DNA of 42,232 nucleotides, taken from contig JAZSBZ010000085.1 in the NCBI GenBank assembly GCA_045602645.1, forward strand, positions 1 through 42,232, given 5' to 3'. The stretch comes from Candidatus Scatovivens sp. GTDB taxonomy: Bacteria; Bacillota; Clostridia; TANB77; CAG-508. The position numbers and the translations under genes were made by a program. The notes below the pieces were generated by a model. It saw only the letters and a list, made by a program, of their open reading frames with translations, was not told the origin of the DNA and searched no databases. Below, in pieces: positions 9,757 to 18,075 of this stretch. The number at the start of each line of letters is the position of its first letter. Within the stretch, counting starts at the first letter, position 1.

Positions 9757-10194
9757 ATGAATAATACTACATATAGCCCAAAAGCAGGCGAAATTGAAAG
9801 AAAATGGTATGTAATCGACGCTACTGGAAAATCAGTAGGTAGAGTTGCTACTGAAGTTGCAACATTATTAAGAGGAAAACATAAACCAACATTCACACCA
9901 AATCAAGATGTTGGAGATTACGTTATAGTTTTAAATTGTAAAGATGCTGTTTTAACAGGTCATAAATTAGATCAAAAAATGTATAGACATCATTCAGGAT
10001 TCATTGGAGGAATGAAAGAAACTCCAGCTAGAGTAATGATGGACAAAAATCCTGAAAAAGCAATGTTCTTAGCAGTTAAAGGAATGCTTCCTCACACAAG
10101 ATTAGGAAGACAAATGATCAAAAAATTAAGAGTTTATGCAGGAAGCGAACATGAAAACGCTGCTCAAAAACCAGAAGTTTGGGAGGTAAAATAA
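9757..10194 (+). CDS. rplM: 50S ribosomal protein L13
   Basis: [22 protein letters not shown]... is a canonical L13 N-terminus. ATG at 9757 is preceded by GGAGGG. The ORF-track start at 9661 is an upstream in-frame extension. Confidence 0.95.
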   Translation: MNNTTYSPKAGEIERKWYVIDATGKSVGRVATEVATLLRGKHKPTFTPNQDVGDYVIVLNCKDAVLTGHKLDQKMYRHHSGFIGGMKETPARVMMDKNPEKAMFLAVKGMLPHTRLGRQMIKKLRVYAGSEHENAAQKPEVWEVK

Positions 10195-10195
10195 G

Positions 10196-10600
10196 ATGGC
10201 AAAAAAATCTGAAAATATAGTATTCCAAGGAACAGGTAGAAGAAAAGAATCAATTGCTAGAGTTAGATTAATGGCAGGAAAAGGAAATGTTACAGTTAAC
10301 GGAAAAACATTAGATGAATATTTCGGAACAGAAATATTAAAAGTTATCGTTAACCAACCATTCGCTGTTACAAACACAGTTGGAAAATATGATGTTGTAG
10401 TTAAAGTTGTTGGTGGTGGATACACAGGTCAAGCTGGTGCTATCAGACACGGAATCGCTAGAGCATTAGATGCTGCTAACTCAGAATTTAGACCAGCATT
10501 AAAAGCTAACGGATTCTTAACAAGAGATCCAAGAATGAAAGAAAGAAAGAAATACGGTATGAAAAAAGCTAGAAAAGCACCACAATTCTCAAAAAGATAA
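10196..10600 (+). CDS. rpsI: 30S ribosomal protein S9
   Basis: 134 aa ending ...RKAPQFSKR, with [19 protein letters not shown]. Confidence 0.96.
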   Translation: MAKKSENIVFQGTGRRKESIARVRLMAGKGNVTVNGKTLDEYFGTEILKVIVNQPFAVTNTVGKYDVVVKVVGGGYTGQAGAIRHGIARALDAANSEFRPALKANGFLTRDPRMKERKKYGMKKARKAPQFSKR

Positions 10601-10631
10601 TTCGGAACTTTTATATATACCAAGTTTATTA

Positions 10632-10666
10632 AACGCTATGAAAAAATTCATAGCGTTTTTTGTTTT
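10632..10666 (+). terminator. intrinsic terminator of rplM-rpsI
   Basis: AACGCTATG / CATAGCGTT stem followed by TTTTTTGTTTT. Confidence 0.8.
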
Positions 10667-10719
10667 ATAAAAAAAGCAGAGCAAGATTATACGTATATCT
10701 ACGCAAAACTTTACTCTGC
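10666..10719 (-). terminator. probable terminator of the convergent 125-aa gene
   Basis: Imperfect hairpin GCAGAG...CTCTGC with a T-run on the minus strand (A-run 10666-10675 on plus). Confidence 0.45.
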
Positions 10720-10726
10720 CTTCTTT

Positions 10727-11104
10727 CTACTTCCAGCCGTACTTATAAATCCTCAATACAAAAGATATGGTACTTATTCCCATAATAACAACATCAATCA
10801 TCCATAACACTTCATTAGTCTCATGATAATCAATTTTGTTTTCTAAATTAGTTTTAAAGACCATAACAACTGCAAGGATAAAATGAGAAACTTTATTAAT
10901 TATCTCCGCCCTCTTCAGTCTTTTGCTAAACGACATGTCTTTTCTACTAATTAGTCTAGAGTATTTCTTAATTTTAATAACTGAAATATAGAATGCCACA
11001 ATGCATGTACATTGTAGTATTGTAAATAGTATAAGCGCCATCTTGTCATCTAGCACTCCGAATCTCCTCCTTTCATACGTATTTGCCATTAAGCATCGTT
11101 TCAT
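10727..11104 (-). CDS. hypothetical small membrane protein (about 3 TM)
   Basis: ORF with hydrophobic segments. The start is uncertain: GTG near 11056 follows AGGAGG, and ATG at 11041 is also possible. Confidence 0.45.
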   Translation of the reverse strand: MKRCLMANTYERRRFGVLDDKMALILFTILQCTCIVAFYISVIKIKKYSRLISRKDMSFSKRLKRAEIINKVSHFILAVVMVFKTNLENKIDYHETNEVLWMIDVVIMGISTISFVLRIYKYGWK

Positions 11105-11206
11105 CTGGAAGTCCTGATAAAACTGGAGATTCTATGTATTTACTATTTACATATCGTAACACCATTTAAGTTAAAAGTCAAATAAAAAAAGTCATAGAGC
11201 TTTACT

Positions 11207-12217
11207 CTATAACTTTTCCTCTTTTTCTTCTATTAAATTTATTCCTTCACTATTAAATAAAACTACTTGATCACCTTCATATGCTTTATAGAAAGTTTTA
11301 CATCCTATATTTTCAAGCCAACCTCTTATAATAATTGAAGTATAATTTCCTGTATTATATCCTTCTCCTCTATTATTTTCATATAGATCTTTATTAGCGT
11401 TTACAAATGCTACACTTGGTTTTATAGCTTTATATACCTCTTCTGTTACTCCCCAATTTCCATGATGCGCAAGTTGAACTGCATCAGCTTTTAATCTATC
11501 TTCTGCTTCTAATATTTCTGGACTTGCTTTTGACATAGCATCAGCTAGGAATAACATGCTTTTATTTACATCTGTAGCCGTTAATTTAAACACTAAACTT
11601 GCTTCATTTCCATTATCACCATTTGTAATTTCTGGGTTAGCGACTCTTAAAACATCCATTTCGATATTATCAATTATGAACTTATCCCCCTCTTTACAAA
11701 TCACATGATTTAATATTTTAGGATTTGAAAGTGCATCCAAAAATGCTTTTTCTGATGCATATCCTCTTTCATCATGTTCTTTATACCATTCTTCTGAAAG
11801 CATATTATAATACAAATTTTCAATCGTAATATTATCTTTATTTAATACTTCTAAAAAAGCTCCAACATGGTCATCATGTCCATGTGTTATAATCCAATGA
11901 TCAATATTTCCATCTGTATATAAATCAATATATGATTTAACTGATTCATAATCACTAGCTATACCACTATCTATAAAAATTACTTCACCTTTTCTACTTC
12001 TTACAATATAACCCATTGAACGAAGATTACCTTTATCAAATTGATTTGAACCACCTAAAAGCGTAACTCTCATTCCATCAACATATTCTACTCCAGATAC
12101 AAGTTGTATTATTTCTTCATGTAATTTAAATTTTATTCCAATTATTACCGCCAAAATAATAACAAGTATTGTTACAATTAATGCTATAACTTTTTTCATA
12201 TCTATTTCCCCAATCAA
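11207..12217 (-). CDS. membrane-anchored MBL-fold metallo-hydrolase (ComEC-type beta-lactamase domain)
   Basis: N-terminal TM, then an HGHDDHVG metal-binding motif and a later LAHHGNWG. Confidence 0.75.
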   Translation of the reverse strand: MIGEIDMKKVIALIVTILVIILAVIIGIKFKLHEEIIQLVSGVEYVDGMRVTLLGGSNQFDKGNLRSMGYIVRSRKGEVIFIDSGIASDYESVKSYIDLYTDGNIDHWIITHGHDDHVGAFLEVLNKDNITIENLYYNMLSEEWYKEHDERGYASEKAFLDALSNPKILNHVICKEGDKFIIDNIEMDVLRVANPEITNGDNGNEASLVFKLTATDVNKSMLFLADAMSKASPEILEAEDRLKADAVQLAHHGNWGVTEEVYKAIKPSVAFVNANKDLYENNRGEGYNTGNYTSIIIRGWLENIGCKTFYKAYEGDQVVLFNSEGINLIEEKEEKL

Positions 12218-12236
12218 TATTTCATATCAATAATTA

Positions 12237-12806
12237 TTATAATACTAATATACCTAAATGCTCTAGTAAAATTTTAACTCCTAAAAGTATTAATATTATA
12301 CCACCTGTAATTTCAGCTTTTTTCTCATATTTATCACCAAATACATTTCCAATTTTAACCCCAATTACCGAAATTACAAATGTTATTATTGCAATTAAAC
12401 TTACTGCTAATATTATATTTACATTTAAAAATGCAAATGTTACTCCTATTGCTAAAGCATCTATACTTGTTGCAATTGCTAAAACGATCATTGTCTTAAA
12501 ATCAGTTTTATCATCAGATTCTTCACAATCATCTTTACTTAAAGCTTCCTTTATCATGTTAAGCCCAATAAAAGTTAACAATCCAAAAGCAATCCAATGA
12601 TCTATAAATTGAATTTTTTCTTGAAAACCAATTCCAAGCAAATATCCTAAAATTGGCATTCCACCTTGAAAACCTCCAAAATATAAACCGATAATTAATG
12701 CTTTTTTTATATCTAACTTTTTCATCGATAAGCCTTTACATATCGACACTGCAAAAGCATCCATTGCAAGACCAATTGAAATAAGAACAAGTTCAATTAA
12801 CCCCAT
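12237..12806 (-). CDS. mntP: manganese efflux pump MntP
   Basis: 189 aa, 6-TM, duplicated DAFAV/DALAI motifs (LAMDAFAVS and TSIDALAIG). Confidence 0.85.
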   Translation of the reverse strand: MGLIELVLISIGLAMDAFAVSICKGLSMKKLDIKKALIIGLYFGGFQGGMPILGYLLGIGFQEKIQFIDHWIAFGLLTFIGLNMIKEALSKDDCEESDDKTDFKTMIVLAIATSIDALAIGVTFAFLNVNIILAVSLIAIITFVISVIGVKIGNVFGDKYEKKAEITGGIILILLGVKILLEHLGILVL

Positions 12807-12823
12807 ATTACACCTCTTTAACT

Positions 12824-12973
12824 CTATTTTGTTTCTAAAATTATATTTTTTATCTCAGCATTATTCTTACTATCTTCTGGTTTATAAGAAATAAAATGTA
12901 ATGCTGTAGCTAATGATAAAAAGGCTAAACCAATAACTCCTATTATCACTAACACTCTAGTAGGTTTATTCAT
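12824..12973 (-). CDS. 49-aa single-pass membrane peptide (not in ORF track)
   Basis: My translation: [49 protein letters not shown]. An AAAGGTGA SD sits immediately after the radical-SAM stop codon. The peptide ends 17 nt before mntP. Confidence 0.4.
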   Translation of the reverse strand: MNKPTRVLVIIGVIGLAFLSLATALHFISYKPEDSKNNAEIKNIILETK

Positions 12974-12984
12974 ATATATCACCT

Positions 12985-13872
12985 TTATCTATCAAATTTT
13001 GTTCTAAATCCACATCTTTTGCACAAATTGCAAATAATCTTATGTGATTCAAAACCTTTAATTATATCTTTAGTCTTATCTTTATTTAAAATATCTTCAA
13101 ATGATTCTTTAAATATGTTTCCTAAGTTTATATTCGCATCTTGATCTAAACAACATGGTACAACATCACCATTTGAAAGTACAGCTATTTGACTTCTTAA
13201 CCCTTGGCATGTACCAATATCAGAAACAAACTCTCCATCTATACTCGGCCATGTAAATTCAAAATCTTGATTTAAAAATGCATTTTTAGATAATTTTACA
13301 AAACTCTCTTTTTTTGCTCTTTCTTTTAAATTATCTATATTAAACTCTTCTTCTAATCTTTTTAATATAACTGAATTCTCATCATTTTCTTCTAATGACT
13401 CTAAATTCCACAATCTATACGAAATAATTATATTAGATTTTTCAAGTATTATTTTAGAAAATCTGATTACTTCATCTAAATATTTATCTAATGTGTATAA
13501 ATCTGTATTTTCATTTTTATTTATTGAATGTAGAGATAAATTTAATTGTCTAACACATCTAGAATCAATTAATAATTCTGCCCTCTTTTCCAAAAGAGTT
13601 GCATTTGTAGTAATATTTACTAGCACATTATTATCTGTACAAATATCTAAAATATCTTTTAAATTAGGATGTAAAAGTGGTTCTCCCTTAACATGTAGAG
13701 CTATTAAATTTGTATAATCTTTAATTTTCTCAATTATTTCTCTAAACTCATCAACACTTAGAAATCTTTTCTCTCTTTTACCATCTAAACAAAAAGAACA
13801 TTTTAAATTACATACATTTGTTATCTCAACATAAATTTTTTGAAATCTTTTTTCTTTCATAATTTTTACCAT
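12985..13872 (-). CDS. radical SAM / SPASM-domain protein
   Basis: CNLKCSFC (CxxxCxxC) at residues 21-28, plus a C-terminal Cys cluster (CQG...VVPCCLD...CNLCKRC). No N-terminal extension that could be an RRE. Confidence 0.8.
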   Translation of the reverse strand: MVKIMKEKRFQKIYVEITNVCNLKCSFCLDGKREKRFLSVDEFREIIEKIKDYTNLIALHVKGEPLLHPNLKDILDICTDNNVLVNITTNATLLEKRAELLIDSRCVRQLNLSLHSINKNENTDLYTLDKYLDEVIRFSKIILEKSNIIISYRLWNLESLEENDENSVILKRLEEEFNIDNLKERAKKESFVKLSKNAFLNQDFEFTWPSIDGEFVSDIGTCQGLRSQIAVLSNGDVVPCCLDQDANINLGNIFKESFEDILNKDKTKDIIKGFESHKIICNLCKRCGFRTKFDR

Positions 13873-13892
13873 TATATTCTTTAAAATATTTA

Positions 13893-14972
13893 TTAATTTA
13901 CTTTAACAACTTCAAAGCCATATCCAGTTAAAACGTCAAAACCTTTATCTCTTTCTTCATATGTTCTAACAACAACTCTTAATGCTCCATAATTATTTTC
14001 TCTATTGTTTAATACCTCTATATTCTTAATACCAATTTCATTTGCACTAAGAAGCGTAGTAATTTTAGCAATTGCTCCATTTTCATCTTTTACAGAAATA
14101 TTAAGTTCTGGATTGGTTTGACCATTAATTTTTCTATTTATAAAGCTATCTCTATAAACTTTTGATGAATCAAAAAAACTAAATGTAGAATCATAACTAT
14201 CAATTCCAGCTTTAAAATTATCTATAATATTTTCAAAAACATTTAATACTTTTAATATTTCTTCTTTATTATTTTCACATATATTTTGCCACATAGTTGG
14301 ATCTGATGAAGCAATTCTTGTTATATCTTTAAATCCACCCGCAGCTAACATTTTCATATTTTCAGTTTCATCATCAAGTTGTTTTACAAGATTAACTAAA
14401 CTTGCAGCAACAACATGTGGTACATGACTTATAGCCGCTGTAATAAAATCATGTTTATCTGCATCAACTATAACCGGTATAGCTTTTATTTTTTCAATTA
14501 ATCCTTTTAATTTTTCTATATTTTCATCTATGTTTTTCTCAGTTTTAGTAATTATGTAGTATGAATTTTCAAATAATAAATCTTTTGATGTTCTATATCC
14601 ACTTCTTTCAGATCCAATCATTGGATGAGCACCAATAAATTCTACATTTACATCTTTTACCCCTTCTAAAATTGATTTCTTTGTGCTTCCTGTATCAGTA
14701 ATTATACAATCACCTTTAACAACTTCAGCAAGTCTTTTTACATAATCAACAATATAATTAACTGGTGTACATATAAATACAAAATCACATTCTGAAAAAC
14801 TTCCATCTATTACTTCAACAAAAGAATCTATAACCTTTTCTTCCATTGCTGCATTTAAACTATCTATATTAGTATCGCAAGCAATTATTGATTCAACTTC
14901 ACCTGAATTTCTTAGTGCTTTAGCTAATGATCCTCCTAAAAATCCTAATCCTACTATTCCTACTTTGTACAT
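13893..14972 (-). CDS. tyrA: prephenate dehydrogenase with C-terminal ACT domain
   Basis: N-terminal Rossmann motif VGIVGLGFLGGSLA, a GAHPMIGSE block and an about 70-aa ACT-like tail. Confidence 0.88.
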   Translation of the reverse strand: MYKVGIVGLGFLGGSLAKALRNSGEVESIIACDTNIDSLNAAMEEKVIDSFVEVIDGSFSECDFVFICTPVNYIVDYVKRLAEVVKGDCIITDTGSTKKSILEGVKDVNVEFIGAHPMIGSERSGYRTSKDLLFENSYYIITKTEKNIDENIEKLKGLIEKIKAIPVIVDADKHDFITAAISHVPHVVAASLVNLVKQLDDETENMKMLAAGGFKDITRIASSDPTMWQNICENNKEEILKVLNVFENIIDNFKAGIDSYDSTFSFFDSSKVYRDSFINRKINGQTNPELNISVKDENGAIAKITTLLSANEIGIKNIEVLNNRENNYGALRVVVRTYEERDKGFDVLTGYGFEVVKVN

Positions 14973-15036
14973 TTATCTTTTACCTTTATCCTAAAAAATT
15001 TAACACAAATAGTATATCACTAAATAAACTTAAAGG

Positions 15037-15064
15037 CAAACAAAAAGAGCCTATTTCTAGGCCC
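15037..15064 (-). terminator. intrinsic terminator after the 32-aa small ORF
   Basis: Minus strand reads GGGCCUA-GAAA-UAGGCUC followed by UUUUUGUUUG, 13 nt after the small ORF stop. Confidence 0.65.
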
Positions 15065-15077
15065 CTTAAACTTAATT

Positions 15078-15176
15078 TTAGCTATCAAAATATGAATCAC
15101 TGTGAAAGTTCATAGCGTTATTATTATAATTGTTTAATTCATAGTTTTTGATCTCATTTACTACTTTCTCATCCAT
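15078..15176 (-). CDS. 32-aa hydrophilic Asn/Tyr-rich peptide (not in ORF track)
   Basis: My translation: MDEKVVNEIKNYELNNYNNNAMNFHSDSYFDS. It has a strong SD (GGGTGAGG, 2-nt gap before the ATG), its own extended -10 promoter and its own terminator. Confidence 0.45.
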   Translation of the reverse strand: MDEKVVNEIKNYELNNYNNNAMNFHSDSYFDS

Positions 15177-15222
15177 AACCTCACCCTATAATCCTTTCTT
15201 TACTTTAACTTTATTTGAAAGC

Positions 15223-15251
15223 ATTATATCACTAGTTACAAATTTATTAGT
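15223..15251 (-). promoter_or_regulatory. extended -10 promoter for the 32-aa ORF
   Basis: Minus strand reads TGATATAAT (TGn extended -10) with a weak -35 (ACTAAT) 17 nt upstream. Confidence 0.4.
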
Positions 15252-15530
15252 GTTTTTTATGTGAAAGTTATAAAAACTTCTTGTAGCCATATCGTGTTCA
15301 TTTTGTGAATTCATATATAGCAAAACAGACTCGTGCATCGCCCCCGAGTCCATCTTTTAAAAATATTTAACGCGTTTGGTAATTAATTAAATAATTAAAA
15401 ATTAATTATTTGATTAACTATGTTTAGATTATAACATTAAGATTATTTTTATGAGTGTTTTTTATATGAATTTTATGATAATTTCCTGTAACCAGAAAAT
15501 GTGTATTTTGTGAAGTTTATGACTTTTATG

Positions 15531-15893
15531 TTACTTACTTATCAAATTTTCTACATCAACATCACTTAATTTAAAAAGTTCTTTAGGTACTTCTTTTCCT
15601 TGTCTCTTAAGGTTTTTGTATATTGCAATATAAAAAAGTCTTTCACGTAAGTTTTCTAAAACTTGTTTTTCCGGTTCAGTATAATTTGATTTAAAAAATA
15701 ATTCTTCATTATTATTTAAATTTAATAAAATTTTTGTTTCTGCAGCATACTTAGATTCTATTTCAATTATCTTATCTTTATCATAAACATCATCATTCAT
15801 CATCTTTTCTACATCTTCTATATATCTAATCACTTCATAAGTTAAACTATTTTCTTTAAGTAAATCTAATATCTTTAATCTATCTTTATTCAT
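15531..15893 (-). CDS. hypothetical cytoplasmic protein (120 aa)
   Basis: ATG at 15893 (MNKDRLKILDLLKE...) is preceded by GGAGG. The ORF-track start at 15944 lacks an SD. Confidence 0.55.
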   Translation of the reverse strand: MNKDRLKILDLLKENSLTYEVIRYIEDVEKMMNDDVYDKDKIIEIESKYAAETKILLNLNNNEELFFKSNYTEPEKQVLENLRERLFYIAIYKNLKRQGKEVPKELFKLSDVDVENLISK

Positions 15894-16057
15894 ATTTTTC
15901 CTCCATACTAACTTAGTATTACCTGAAAAAATACAACTATTCAAAATACTATAACTTTATATCACTATTTTTAGTGTCAAAAATCATCTTTTTAACTTGT
16001 CCTATTTTTCCCTTAATTCTTTCGGTCTCTCTTACTTTTTTTATTGTATTAATTTTT

Positions 16058-16243
16058 CTAAAAAAAATTATTATCTACCTTATCTATCTCTGGATAATAC
16101 AAACATATTATTGTTCTTACAAAAGTTCTTATTCCAAATAATGTAACCCATATATAAGTAATAATCGAAAAATACACTCCAAAATAATATAAAATAGTGT
16201 ATCTAAAAGCTTCACTTGTCAATAATTTTATCAATTCATTCAT
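16058..16243 (-). CDS. 61-aa two-TM membrane protein
   Basis: AGGTGGAG SD 8 nt upstream of the ATG, and two hydrophobic segments. Confidence 0.45.
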   Translation of the reverse strand: MNELIKLLTSEAFRYTILYYFGVYFSIITYIWVTLFGIRTFVRTIICLYYPEIDKVDNNFF

Positions 16244-16375
16244 TTTTTAATCTCCACCTATTTTTTAAACAAGATGAATTATACAACTTCTTTATTTTCA
16301 AATCCATATCTAAAGCCAAATTTTCCTAAGAACTTATCGACTTTTTTCGACAATAGCTTAAAAATAACCTTATCA

Positions 16376-16406
16376 AACAAAAAAGACAGTAGATAATTCT
16401 ACTGCC
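16376..16406 (-). terminator. intrinsic terminator of the sugar-transferase gene
   Basis: Minus strand reads GGCAGUAG-AAUUAU-CUACUGUC followed by UUUUUUGUUUG. Confidence 0.7.
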
Positions 16407-16421
16407 TTCCATATTAACATT

Positions 16422-17783
16422 TTATGCTGCTCCATCTCTTTTTAATACAGCTGAAAAAGTTTTAAATAGTATTTCCATATCCATAAATAAACTAAAATCA
16501 TTGTGATATTTAATATCCATATCTAATCTATCTTGGAATGTTACACCACTTCTTCCGCTTATTTGCCATAACCCTGTTATTCCTGGTTTACATCTAATAA
16601 TCGTTTTATAAGCATCTCCCATTTCTGATTTTTCTGTAACCATATATGCTCTAGGTCCAATTATACTTAATTCACCTTTTAAAACATTTATAAATTGTGG
16701 AAACTCATCTAAACTTGTTTGTCTTATAAAATGTCCTACTTTAGTTACTCTAGGATCATTTTTTAATTTTTTATATGTATGATATTCTTCTCTAGCTTCT
16801 TCATCTCTTTCAAGAAGATCTTTTAATTTTTCTTCAGCTCCAACTACCATACTTCTAAATTTGTACATTTTAAAGATCTCACCATTTTTACCAATTCTAT
16901 CTTGTGTATAAAAAAGTGGACCTTTATCGCCACAAATACGATTTCCAATAAATATTCCTATTGAAAGTGGTACTAATATAAGCATTCCTACAATACCACC
17001 AATAACATCTACTACTCTTTTTATTCCAAAAACAATACATCTATTCATGTAACCGATAGCATCAGATGTTATCTCACCAATATTGTATGTTTCTTTTCTT
17101 CTAAATGTTACTAAAAGAGTAATCAACGCAATTTTCATATCCAATTTTAATGTTTTTGAATAATGATATTTAATATCCATATCAAGTCTTTCGTCAAATG
17201 TTACTCTTTCTTTTCCAGCTATTTGGAACACACCTGTCATACCTGGTTTATGACTTACAATTCTATTATAGTATTCTCCCATTCTTTCTACCTCTTCAGG
17301 CATATAAGGACGAGGTCCTACAATACTCATTTCACCTTTTAAAACATTTATAAATTGTGGGAATTCATCTAAACTTTTAGCTCTTAAAACTTTACCAAAA
17401 GTTGTTAATCTAGGATCATGTCTAAATTTTCTATATTTTTCATATTCTGCTCTTATTTCATCATTTTGTAGCATTGCTTCTAATATTTCATCAGCATTTT
17501 TAACCATAGTTCTAAACTTATACATTTTAAATGTTTTTCCGTTTTTCCCTACTCTTTCTTGTGTGTAAAAAATTGGTCCTTCATCATTATTTTTTAAATT
17601 TTGAAAAATTACAACAAGTGTAAGTGGAATAAGCATAATAAGCCCTATAATTGAAACTATAATTTCGAACACTCTCTTAAAAGCAGATTTTATTCCAGTA
17701 TTAACTTTTCTTAATAATCTTCTTAACGAATTTTCATGTATAGCACCAACATCAAATGGTATTGCTATTTCATGTTCATCCAT
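16422..17783 (-). CDS. tandem-duplicated monotopic phosphoglycosyl transferase (two Bac_transf domains in one polypeptide)
   Basis: Two about 200-aa repeats. Each has a re-entrant helix, a KF(R/K)(T/S)M motif, SLDEFPQFINVLKGE(M/L)S and a DMDIKYH block. Confidence 0.85.
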   Translation of the reverse strand: MDEHEIAIPFDVGAIHENSLRRLLRKVNTGIKSAFKRVFEIIVSIIGLIMLIPLTLVVIFQNLKNNDEGPIFYTQERVGKNGKTFKMYKFRTMVKNADEILEAMLQNDEIRAEYEKYRKFRHDPRLTTFGKVLRAKSLDEFPQFINVLKGEMSIVGPRPYMPEEVERMGEYYNRIVSHKPGMTGVFQIAGKERVTFDERLDMDIKYHYSKTLKLDMKIALITLLVTFRRKETYNIGEITSDAIGYMNRCIVFGIKRVVDVIGGIVGMLILVPLSIGIFIGNRICGDKGPLFYTQDRIGKNGEIFKMYKFRSMVVGAEEKLKDLLERDEEAREEYHTYKKLKNDPRVTKVGHFIRQTSLDEFPQFINVLKGELSIIGPRAYMVTEKSEMGDAYKTIIRCKPGITGLWQISGRSGVTFQDRLDMDIKYHNDFSLFMDMEILFKTFSAVLKRDGAA

Positions 17784-18075
17784 AATATATCCCCCACAAA
17801 ATATAATACTTTTACATTTCCTAACTTCAACAGGATGAAATCCTGCTTTCTAACATTTTTATTATAACATATTCTTATTACGGATTCAACATTTTTACGA
17901 CTTTTTTCGCATTCTATAATTTGTTCTATAACCACTATCATTACTGCATTTGAATATCTTATCAAAATTTTTTCCAAAAATTTCCTACTTATATTAAAAG
18001 AAAATCTTTAATAATTTTACTAATTTTATAATTATTTTATTTTTTTACACATATACTTTAAAAATATAATTTAAG

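Noticed and set aside
12807-12984. Expected a yybP-ykoY manganese riboswitch upstream of mntP
   Set aside because: The space is occupied by the 49-codon ORF, and only 17 nt (essentially the SD) precede mntP. No conserved riboswitch helices are visible.
12985-15176. Idea that the 32-aa aromatic-rich peptide is a RiPP precursor (cyclophane type) for the radical-SAM/SPASM enzyme
   Set aside because: A terminator and the whole tyrA gene separate them. The enzyme lacks an RRE domain and is much shorter than known peptide-modifying SPASM maturases. No transporter or protease gene accompanies them. It is kept only as a remote possibility.
15186-15314. 42-codon ORF (MNSQNEHDMATRSFYNFHIKNTNKF...) just upstream of the 32-aa ORF, sharing an NFH motif with it
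   Set aside because: It has no SD, and its ATG sits only about 7 nt after a terminator-like hairpin/U-run. The best promoter for the downstream peptide lies inside it. It is probably non-coding.
17765-17977. 70-aa minus-strand ORF overlapping the start of the sugar-transferase gene
   Set aside because: It has no SD, overlaps the downstream gene start, shows no recognisable features and lies in a promoter-like AT-rich spacer. It is likely spurious.
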